DNA of 64,000 nucleotides from Macrostomum lignano. Its lineage: Eukaryota. Numbering within the stretch: the stretch's first letter is position 1; each line of letters opens with the position of its first letter. The stretch is taken from NCBI GenBank assembly GCA_002269645.1, contig NIVC01001189.1, forward strand, positions 62,001-126,000, read 5' to 3'. Positions 37,701 through 64,000 of the stretch are shown piece by piece. Position numbers and translations under genes: made by a program. The notes under the pieces were generated by a model. The model did not search any database. It was not told the origin of the DNA and saw only the letters and a list, made by a program, of their open reading frames with translations.

Positions 37701-38422
37701 TGTACCAAAATCAAGCTTGGCAGAGCATGAAATCATTATTCATTTTGATTACAGTAAAAATTATTCCTGCTCCCACCAAGATACCATGCAATTGGTATAT
37801 TTGTACCAAAATCAAGCTTGGCAGAGCATGAAATCATTATTCATTTTGATTACAGTAAAAATTATTCCTGCTCCCACCAAGATACCATGCAATTGGTATA
37901 TTTGTACCAAAATCAAGCTTGGCAGAGCATGAAATCATTATTCATTTTGATTACAGTAAAAATTATTCCTGCTCCCACCAAGATACCATGCAATTGGTAT
38001 ATTTGTACCAAAATCAAGCTTGGCAGAGCATGAAATCATTATTCATTTTGATTACAGTAAAAATTATTCCTGCTCCCACCAAGATACCATGCAATTGGTA
38101 TATTTGTACCAAAATCAAGCTTGGCAGAGCATGAAATCATTATTCATTTTGATTACAGTAAAAATTATTCCTGCTCCCACCAAGATACCATGCAATTGGT
38201 ATATTTGTACCAAAATCAAGCTTGGTAGAGCATGAAATCATTATTCATTTTGATTACAGTAAAAATTATTCCTGCTCCCACCAAGATACCATGCAATTGG
38301 TATATTTGTACCAAAATCAAGCTTGGCAGAGCATGAAATCATTATTCATTTTGATTACAGTAAAAATTATTCCTGCTCCCACCAAGATACCATGCAATTG
38401 GTATATTTGTACCAAAATCAAG
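28728..38422. repeat. Satellite array, 101 bp monomer x ~96 copies, near-identical
   Basis: Monomer GCTTGGCAGAGCATGAAATCATTATTCATTTTGATTACAGTAAAAATTATTCCTGCTCCCACCAAGATACCATGCAATTGGTATATTTGTACCAAAATCAA. The ORF track repeats every 101 bp. One HindIII site per monomer. Confidence 0.99.
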
Positions 38423-41400
38423 TTACCATATTCACCGTGGCTGTGTACTACAAGGGTACACTATAGCCAAAAGATGGTAGCTATTATCTTAGACATCCAA
38501 GACCCCTCCAAGGTCACTGGAATTATCTTCCTACATTGCCTGCTATAGGTGAAATTACAATTAGCTCTTGGTTGGTTTTGTAGCGCTAAATTTTGGACCT
38601 AATTTAAAGGGATAGAGAAAAAGTATGAGAGATTAAAAAAATCAAGCTAGAACACTCCTTTTCACTTATAGTTCATTCAACCTAGCATGCATATATCCAC
38701 CTTTGGAGCTGCTACTGTTTCCCCTGTTGTACTTTCTTGACTGCCAACTAGAAGTATATGAATTACCTACTGTTAAAGGTTAGGTTAGTGCTATTTACCA
38801 AATGGATGCCAGGGGTTGCTTGATGGGATAGCCAACTAGGGTCATTGTCCAGCAACCTTCCATTGGAAGCCCCAACCATGATCCCAAGACTACTCATAAT
38901 CAGCACTATATAGTGCAAAAATGTTAAAGTATGTCCTATTTGCTTCCAAATAAAACTAAAGTTCCAAAACCTTTTTCTATAAACTACAATGCAGACTTCT
39001 TATTTTAGGACCAAAAAACAAGTATAAAATATTTTTCATACAATTCAACATTATACCTTGAAACCTATGATTATCACACTTATAGAATTGTCCATTTAGT
39101 GTCCCCATAAATAAAAAAACATATCTAGTACTTATACATTAACATGTAAGTATAAGTACAACCAATTTGTCTTTTTACTTTTTAGATAAGAGTTAACTCA
39201 TCTGTTGGCAGACAAGTTGACAATAGACAAAATGACTAGAATCCTCTAATAGTAGACCTAGGGATTTCAAAGAGAATTTGAAAGCTGTTTTTAATATTTT
39301 TCCTATTTCATTGATTTGATAAACCTTATATGCTTGAAAAAAAATATATATATAATAGTCTTTATTTTTGAAAAGTGGTCAAGTAATAAAAAAGTTACTA
39401 AATGTTTTATATCTTAAATTTTCAATATATTTTAATGCATTTTGCTTAGGCCTATTAGTATTAACCTATTAGACACTATGATCACTTTTTCCTAAAAACT
39501 TTTTAATATCTTTGATATAACTTTTTATTTAACCAAAGTAGTTTAAGGCATATCTCAAAGAGGAGCTAAATGAAACAGCCAACCTATTGCTAAAATTGAA
39601 TCATTAACTAGTGTCTTTCTACTACAACAATTGAAAAACAATTGCAATGACAAAAATAGCTATCTTGCAAGTTGCATACAAAGAAAAGGTTGAAGATAGA
39701 ATCTAATATGAAAGCTACAATAGATAGAGCCACAAAGGCTACTAAGAACTCCCAAAAGAGTCTTCTTAACTATCATCAAAGCCTTTGACACTAGCATAAG
39801 CAATCTCTTATAGGTATTGCAATTGCAAGATACATGCTTAAGCACTTTTGAAGAAAGTTGAGCTATTAAAAAAACTTTAAGACAAAGCAACATCTTTCAA
39901 AGAGAGGATAAAAAGACTAAAAATATTAAATATGGAAATCAAAAGATAACTTACAATATTAGGGCCTAACTACAATGAGATTGCTAAAGAAATAAAACAA
40001 AAAAAGATAAAAGGAACAACTTGGTCATTTTTGGACTTTGCAAAGAAAGGGACAACAATATATCGCTTCAAAACCTTATGAAAAATAGACTTAGAATCTT
40101 ATTAAGCATAGTGCCAATAATTCCAATAAGAAAAATTAGAAAGGAAAAACAAGTTTCTACCAAAATTTCAATACAAAAATGATAAACAGCTTTTTTAGAA
40201 ACCTATAGCACTTACATAAAGCAGACTCATTATATGCTAGAATTTGAATTGAAAATTACCTAATTGGGAAGAAGAGGAACTAAAAGAATGCTAGGCCTAC
40301 TGTAAAAAAAACTAAAGTGAAAACAAGCAGAAAATGAGAACATTTGAAAAATATTATTGCCTATATAAAATTTTATGCTTTTTATCTGACATTTTGACTA
40401 TCTTATTCTCCTTTTGTTCTCTTGCTTTCAATTTTGGGTGCCACCAAATTTGTCAACATTTAATTTGTCAACTCTATTGAACTCTATTGAACTATGTTGA
40501 TAAATTTAGTTTATCTTACAATGCATTGTTTACAAATTTGGTTACCTGATGATATGCTATTGACTAGCTAGTATATATTTAATATACGCGAAAAATTAAA
40601 AGATAAAAGATAAAGATAAAAGCCTATTGAGAAGATACATATAAGATAACAAAGGCGAATGATTTTTATTTGATAAGGGCCTATACATTTTTACAGCCTA
40701 TTAAATCTTTAGATTTTAAACTTGCTAAATTGCAATAAATCCCCAGAACTATTTTTGTACTCATTTTGAAATTTGAAGTTACCTCTATTAATAAAGGTTT
40801 ATAAAAAAACCTCTATTAATAATTAAGGAGAAAAATAAACCTAGGATAAATTCTAAAGATGCAATAAAGTGTAATAAAGCATACATAGTATATAAACACC
40901 CAATAGACTAGCTCTTAATATACTTGCATCTAGATACTTAACTATACTATATAGAATGTAATATTATATATGTAGCATTGATTGCCCAATTTGTTAGATT
41001 TTGAGTTGTATATACATAATAGCATTTAGAATATGCACTTATGAAGTCCTATTAAAGTCTTTGGTAATATTTGGCTCATTGAACTATAGAAATTTACACT
41101 ACAGTTATTGCACTAAGGAATAAACTTTATAATAAGTCTGTCTTGTTGTTGAAAATTTCACTTAACTTGTTTTAACTATTGATGAATTTGATTTCTTTTA
41201 ATTTTTGTTGTTGACAAATTAGATATTGACAAATTCAGTATAACCCTCAATTTTATATCAAATGATAAATATATTAGGCCTATTTTTAGATTTTTTCTTT
41301 TATCTATCAATAAAAATCTAGGCAGGGCCTAATATAGCTAGAATAGCCAAGATTTCTTTTGGCAACTATGCCTAAAAAAGTTAATCTTAGTTCTAAAATA

Positions 41401-41479
41401 CATAGATGACTATAAATAAACTTTTTCCACCTTTGCTTTGCTAGACCTACAATTAGAAACAAAGCCTTTTATTTCTTTC

Positions 41480-42259
41480 GGCAGTACTTATCCCCACGGT
41501 ACCATGGGAATAATTTTCTGCTTATCCGCATGGCACACTGACGAGATAGCTGCCCCATCTTCTACATATGCCGTGGGAATAATTTTCTGATTATCCGCAC
41601 AGCACACTGACAAGATAGCTGCCATATCTTCTACATATATATGCTGAATGTAGCAAATCTCATCATTGAATTTTGTATGGATGCATTTTTGTTTAGTTGG
41701 GGGTTAGGATTGTTATTGTATATTATCGATAATGTATTTTGTTGTAATTTCCGAAAGTGCGCCCCAATTTAAAAAGCGCTATCGCATCAGACCGGGACGT
41801 GTTCTGTTTGCCTTAAGTGGAATAGTGACTCGGCACCTCGAAATATAAAGTCAGAATTGCGTTTGATTGACATCTCGACAAAGTGCAAGTCTTACATGTA
41901 CGTGAATAGTTTATAGCTTTTTGAAAGGGAATTTGAATTGAGGATACTAAGAAGCTATTGATATGGATCAACACCACGACCAGCGTTTTTTGCATAAAAA
42001 GGCCATTAAATCTTTACTTCTAATAAACAAATTGTCAAGCAAAGTTATGTTGTTATACTGCACTTAAACCGTAAGTACTAAACTAAATTATTCCCACGGC
42101 ATATGTAGAAGATGGGGCAGCTATCTCGTCAGTGTGCCGTGCGGATAAGCAGAAAATTATTCCCACGGCATATGTAGAAGATGGGGCAGCTATCTTGTCA
42201 GTGTGCCGTGCGGATAAGCAGAAAATTATTCCTACGGTACCGTGGGGATAAGCACTGCC
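41480..42259. mobile_element. Mutator-like/foldback MITE, 780 bp, ~157 bp TIRs built of 69 bp subrepeats
   Basis: Ends GGCAGTACTTATCCCC and GGGGATAAGCACTGCC. Flanking 9-bp direct repeat ATTTCTTTC (41471-41479) / ATTTCTTTT (42260-42268). No internal transposase ORF. Confidence 0.88.
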
Positions 42260-43559
42260 ATTTCTTTTTCCTCTTAGTAAATAATCAACAACTTAGTATA
42301 TAAAAAATGTTCCTTGATTAGAAACAACTAAAAAGCTATTTTAAGCTAACCTCTGCTTTTGTAAAAGTAAAAAAACAATGAAAATTTCGTTGAATTTCAT
42401 TGAATTATAAGTTCTAAAACAAAAAATCTGTTAGGAATTGATTGCTTTAAAAAATAGATTATTATAGGCCTATCACTATCAGTTTTGCATTTAATAATAA
42501 CTTTTTATGCTAGAACTTATTCAAATATACAAAAGCACCTATTTTTAAGTGTCAGTTTTCTAAAATGCCATTTCTACAAAAAATAGCATTCTATAAAAAG
42601 CCTATCAAAAGTCATTTCTATGAAAAATATATGTATCTAGATTCTAGATATATAGTCTAGGCCTAATCATCTGCCCTGGACATCGTGTATGGAGTAGGGG
42701 GCCTATGGTTTACTCTAAGGGGGACTAAGTCTCTGCGTAATTATCGTAAAGTCCGAACATAAACAGTGATTGTACGCGTAAAAATTAGAACACAAGAATG
42801 AGAGGAAAAGAAAATATTCACGGAAAATTTAGGAAAATTCAAGGAAGCAGTTGCTGATAAAATGACAAGTGTCACAAGTTATATATAAAAGGGACTTGTA
42901 CATTTGATCGGCAACACACTGCCAAAAGATTAGCAGCTATAAAACTCCTATGCTTTGAGTCTATACGAAATCAATCATAAAAACACAAAACAACAACACT
43001 ACACTACACAACAAGCATTGAATCTTCGAATTTTCAATAATTCTAATTTAAGTCATACGATTAAGATTTTCTAGAAAATTAATTGAATTAAAATTAACTA
43101 TATTTAATATTTACGGTAAACGACTTTATCTAATTAGACTGTATTTAATTTTCCATGGGCAACGTGTTTATAATTCAAGGATGACTTAGGTAGACTACTT
43201 TTAAAAGTCATCCTTGCATTTATTATGAATTAAAATATTCTATAAAAAACGCTCATAACTCACAAACATTTTCATAAAGAACTCTTTCGACTCACCAACA
43301 AATAAAGAACCATTGGCTCTTACTGACTTTTACTGATTACTCTTACGTGCTACAACCCCTAATACAGGACCTTTGATTGGCTGTCACAATTTAACTGTCA
43401 AACTATTCAGCAATCCTGGTATACCTCTATATGATGCTTACATCAACTGCTGTCTGACACCAGTAGCGTAGCGTGCTAGGTTTTTTGTAGGTGCATGGTA
43501 TGGTGACCTCTTTTTCTACTACTGAATTTCTTCAATCGACAGCCGTTAATACTGGATGA

Positions 43560-44385
43560 TAGAAATATATGTGTCAAAACATGATAAGCAATGAAAATGG
43601 AAAAGACAAGAAAATGCTTTTTATGAGGTTTGAGTATGTCTGTGTGAGGATATTCTGTTCGACGCAACAGCACAACAACAAAACCGACGCAGCGATACAG
43701 CGCCTTGTTGAAAACTCGCTCGCCGGCGATCTTGAAGGCGGCGCGCGCAGCAGGCCAGCATTTGCCGCGTCTACAATTGCTGCTCGAGCGAGCTTCCACG
43801 TCCAGGTGTCAGGTCTCAGCGCTGTACATGTAGACGCGGCTATCCTCGATGGCCAGGTGTCTCTGGTCTTCCCCAATCTAGGCCGCATACATCCGCATGT
43901 GTTGCATACATCACACTGACTGACAATCGCTCGATGTCAGCGTGCATTCCAGGCCACCAGCAGGACAAGCTCATGAAGTTGAGTGTCGCCAGGACGGTCT
44001 GGACCATGCACCGCCTGGAACAACGCCGCTCTCTAGCGGTCAGGTAGCTTCGGACCGCAGGACTGCCCTCAGAACGAAAGCAGCCCAGGCAAGCCCGCAG
44101 CGACGCCGCAGATTCTCCAGATCCTCGCGAACGCCGGAAACCAGACCAGAGGTAGATGAACTGCTGACAATGCGAAAGCTCCGTCGCCTGCTGTCCATCT
44201 GTACCTCCGCACAAAATTGCTGTCTCGATGTCGTCTTCTGTGTGATGACCACCAGGCTGACACTCGCCGAACAGCAACATAAATGTCCAGTTGTCGCTGG
44301 GCTCCATCAACAGTTGAGGACAGCAGGGCAAGATCGTCGGCGTAGCCAAGCACGGTAATTGTCGTCGACCCACGCATCTCCGCAG
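43560..44385 (-). mobile_element. Decayed, 5'-truncated non-LTR retrotransposon fragment (RT C-terminus/thumb)
   Basis: VLGYADDLALLSS (YADD catalytic motif) followed in shifted frames by EDLENLRRRCGLAWAAF and VQTVL. Multiple frameshifts and stops. Confidence 0.8.
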
Positions 44386-46103
44386 CAGAAAGCCGTCATC
44401 ATTGGTAGGAAGAGCAATCCGCAGTGGACCAAGTCCAAACACCACCCGCGGTCATTATGTCACAATTCATTCGACGCAAGGATAATTATTTTTTTCTGTT
44501 TCACTGTGCGACTTTTCGAAAAATTAGAAAAAAAAGTAAAAACTACGAGCGTATGGGTGAAATCCGGCCTCCAAGAAAACTCGCACTATTTCGACGTATA
44601 GCGTCCTTTTTTACGATGTTAGTTGTCTGCATAGCTTAGTATGACTGCTTTACCTGTATATGTACATGTATTTTGAAGTCAGTTTGATTGGCATTATGCC
44701 AAGACCTATTCCGCGGATTTGTACTCCTTTTTGGCACTTGCCTCTTATTTGTGCTTTATTACTCGTATTAAATTAAAAAATACTCAAAGCAAATAACTGC
44801 AAGCACAATTCATTAAGACGTGAGAATTTTGGTTAATAATTTATGAGCATCTCTCTCATACTCATAAATTTGCATTTATATATGATGAACTTGTGTAATA
44901 ACTTCTACTATTAGTAGTGCGACTTGGCATATTTGTACACAAGTATTTTAATAAGCTTAAGAGAAGCTGAAAACAAAATATAAGATTCGGTTGGAAAAAC
45001 AAACGGGAACTCGGAGGGAGCGAGAGCTGCTTGGAGATGGGAAATAAACATCAGTTTCGTGCCGCATTTCACAATAAAAGTCAGACAAGTTGCTGGGGAG
45101 AACCAGCTTGATTAAGAACTTCATCAACAGTTATCATGAAGACCAAATCATTCACTGATATAATTCGTATTGATAATCGCTCAAAATCTAAGTGCAAAGT
45201 CATGACAAAAGACGTATCTATATCTCAAAGCTTACAGTCTGGACAATGGCCAGTCGAATAGGCTCCACTGGCTTGTTGCTTCATCAGTGGATCGATGAGA
45301 ATACGCGAAGCGGTACAGCGGACAACAAAGCGGGTTTCCCTACTACGCAAATTAAAATAAATACATGTGCCTTTTCTTCAAAATAACAAACCAGACAAGA
45401 AGCAGACAAAAGCAAAAAGCAAAGATGGGCCGCTTGTAAAATTAGCCAGCAATGATAGAGAATCGGGAAGAGCAAACTGACTACTCGGTTGGGATTCTGA
45501 CTCTGGTTGCTAGGGGGTGGAAAGCATGAAAGTTCGAAACCTGTCGGAGATGCGCCAAGATTTGGAGCAAATTAACAAGTTTTAATATTAAAGGCGGCGC
45601 GAGCAGGCATGCGAGGCTGCACATGGACTGCAGGGTAGATTGGTGGTGCAGGGGCAGCGAGATTGACTGGGAAATGTAATGTCCTATTCGCATATAACCA
45701 CCGCCGCTGCTGTTGCAGCTCGTCTACCCGATTCTCCGGCGATTGCCTCGCCTCTCCTCTTTCCTTCTTTTGTATTATTGTGTGCGCGTATATTGCCCCT
45801 TCCGTCTCCACCCCCTGGGAAAAGGGATTTGACGGCCGAGGGGATTAGGGAGACCCTCGCTGAGACGAGCTGGGAAAGCCCCGTGAAGCTAAGGTTTGGG
45901 AGGAAAAGGCTGCTTTTTCTCGTAGTAAGAAAATGAGGAGCAGGGAAAACACAGCTGGAGGGACAAAGAGCAGTTCGGATGCAGTCCCGGAGAGTGCCGG
46001 GTGTGTGGGCCTTGTTAGTTTTTCTCATTTTGCTCCTTCCCTTTCCTTCTTTCGTAATACGAATAAATTTTCTTCTTGATTCGTCTCTCTCAGCTCGCGG
46101 GCC

Positions 46104-61690
<15,587 letters not shown>

Positions 61691-61916
61691 GAGGCCTGCC
61701 TGCTGAGGCTGCGCGCCTGGCGCCACAGAATCCGAGATAGCGGAGGCGCCGGCGGATGGAGACCGGGATAGGTGTGGCCGGGGCACAGACCACAGGTGGG
61801 CTGGGAGGGGGCAAAACTAATTCTGGATGACCCGGCAGGGCTTGAGACTGCCCTCCGCGCCCGAGCTGTCTCGCTCTGTTCAACAAGTCTTTATTCCAGC
61901 CTACTTAATGATACGC

Positions 61917-62721
61917 GCGCGGGGGTACGGCTTTGCAGCGGTCGGCGCTTATGCAAACTGTAGGAGGGTCTGTTGTACAGATTGCTCCGCTGGGAGTGGG
62001 GAGCGACCCATCTGTGGGAGGCTTAGTTGTAGGGGGTGGGGGCAGCACAAGACAAGGCGGGCAGGCCAGCGAGCGGGGGCAAGGGGGAGGAGCCCGATGG
62101 GGTCCAGAAAGGGGAGCAAGGTGCTGCGATTCTGCTGGCTAACTTGCTTCTAGTAAATAGTTTTTTGCTATAAGCCGGGACCTCTCCGTTGCGCCGTATC
62201 CCCTTTCCTCCGTTCTCTTTTCCCTCTCCCCGTTTCTGGACTTCCCTTCCTTCCTTTCCTCCTCTCTTACCCCTTCGTCTCCTTCTCGTTCTACCCTCCC
62301 AAAGCGGGGGTGGGCGAGGGGACGACGGAGGATTTTTGGGCGAGTGTGTGAAGGGGGCGGCAGCGCGTGGTGGTGGCGGGGCGTGCCGGCCTGGGCAGGG
62401 CCGCGGCCGCCCAGTGACGTTGCAGAAATCAATTGGGCCAGGCCTGATAGGCTGAGGTGCGGGGGACTGCTGGGACAGGGCCGGGCGCGGGGGTACGGCT
62501 TTGCAGCGGTCGGCGCTTATGCAAACTGTAGGAGGGTCTGTTGTACAGATTGCTCCGCTGGGAGTGGGGAGCGACCCATCTGTGGGAGGCTTAGTTGTAG
62601 GGGGTGGGGGCAGCACAAGACAAGGCGGGCAGGCCAGCGAGCGGGGGCAAGGGGGAGGAGCCCGATGGGGTCCAGAAAGGGGAGCAAGGTGCTGCGATTC
62701 TGCTGGCTAACTTGCTTCTAG
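61917..62721. repeat. 237 bp direct duplication (61917-62153 and 62485-62721) with a 331 bp unique spacer
   Basis: The two copies read identically with a 568 bp offset; the ORF track gives duplicated translations. Confidence 0.95.
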
Positions 62722-64000
62722 CCGGCACTTTCTCACCTGAGAAGGGACCGAGTTTGAATGCTACTAGCAACCTAGATAGCGATGCGAGCTTTATTGGCAT
62801 GCGTAGGAAAGCTCGGACACCCCCCCCCGACTCGGCCAATCAATCAGTAATGATAATAGGATCTGAAATCGAAATCCAGCTAGAATTGAGAGGCTGCAGC
62901 CTGCAGGAATTTTTTGCCCAGACTGCCTGGAGTCTAACTTAGCTCAGTTTGAAAAGAGAATTGCTCTCTGTGTGTGTCAGAGCAAGTCCGGAGGCGGGGG
63001 TGTCTTTAGGGTGATGGAGGACTGGCTGGAGGCACCCCAGCCTCCGTGCTTCATCGATAATTGCACTTCATTTTCGGCATTCCGTGGCCTCATGCCCGCC
63101 TGCTTTTTTCTTTCTCTATCTTTTTTATCGATTCTCAGAGTTCTCAGAGTTGACAGAGACTCGAAGAGGCGGACAGCAGCAACGGAGGAAGGTCCTGGCC
63201 CCGTAGCCAGGGCTGTCGGAGACGCTTGAATTTTTTTGTTCCACTCCGACATTGACTCGCGGGCCTGCAACAGGGGGGGGGGCGATCTGCCCACCCCTAT
63301 CAGGCAGTGGCCGGCGTCCCGATGAAGGGAATCGAGGGAACTGGTGGGGAGGGCGAATAAGGGGAGAACCAAATGCCATCGAAGAGGGATGAGGCCGGCC
63401 AACTCGCTCCCTCCGTCGTAAATCTTTCGCCCCGGCGCAGCTGCTGCGGAGGCTGGGGGAGAGCTAATTAGTGCTATAGAGACAGGGGGGTTCTTCAGCT
63501 TCCTCCCAGCCAGGGTTCGGTGCCCCTCAGTCATTTCGCTCCCTTCCAGTTCGCTAGGTACGTAGCGGAACCTGGCTGGGTCGCCCAAATTACTGCCGGG
63601 CGATGACGTCGAAAGCGTCACGATTGCCGAGGATGCGGGAGCCGCGGCGATAAACCGCTTGTGACTCGGTTCTGTCGCCAAACTTTTGACCTGCTAGTCC
63701 CCTCGTTCCAAGGCGAAAATGTCTACTTGGAGCGACCAAGGAATTACGTACCGGATGCGGGACAGCATTGTAGAGGCCTGGCGCTTTCCTTCAATATGTT
63801 CTCGAGGACTATTGCGTTTCTTGTTGAAGAGTTCAAAGTGCAAGCCGGCGAAGGCAGGCCGCAAGGTGCGGTGAAAATCGAGGCAGTCTGGCGGAAGCTA
63901 TGGAAGGTTGGCGAAATTAACGAGAGCTTCGCCCTTTCTTTCCTCCGCCGTTTCTCCTTCCCTCTCTATCTCTGGTTCTGCGTCCTTCTGAGAGAGAGAG

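Noticed and set aside
28728-38422. CRISPR array, or ~90 tandem copies of a 71-aa gene
   Set aside because: There are no unique spacers and no cas genes, and the context is eukaryotic. The ORFs overlap each other and result from a 101-bp period shifting frames.
62977-63681. 234-aa minus-strand ORF as a further PDE4 5' exon
   Set aside because: Non-ATG start, no RRESF/UCR1 motif, no recognisable domain and no convincing phase-2 donor found. It may be partly exonic but is unsupported.

Overview
Eukaryotic (animal, probably an invertebrate) genomic window. GC-rich exons sit in repeat-saturated introns, a style that resembles the flatworm Macrostomum, but the species is an unverified inference. 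I reconstructed five spliced genes by hand with phase-consistent GT-AG junctions: SCAI (-, 9 exons), an acidic-repeat/EF-hand protein (+, 2 exons), Tousled-like kinase (-, 3 exons), a DPY19-like C-mannosyltransferase (-, 4 exons) and a PDE4/dunce cAMP phosphodiesterase (-, at least 8 exons). Most long introns carry their own minisatellite. A near-perfect array of about 96 x 101-bp repeats (28.7-38.4 kb) lies inside a ~14-kb CpG desert, which also holds a Mutator-like foldback MITE whose two arms differ mostly by CpG transitions. Two tRNA-derived SINE families (one CORE-type) and a decayed non-LTR RT fragment are present. The most interesting signals are the CpG-desert/satellite domain, an SCAI exon bracketed by inverted minisatellite arrays, and candidate alternative PDE4 N-termini (Cys-string form; short form downstream of a palindromic CRE). 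No prokaryotic or CRISPR features were found. All counts are by eye.
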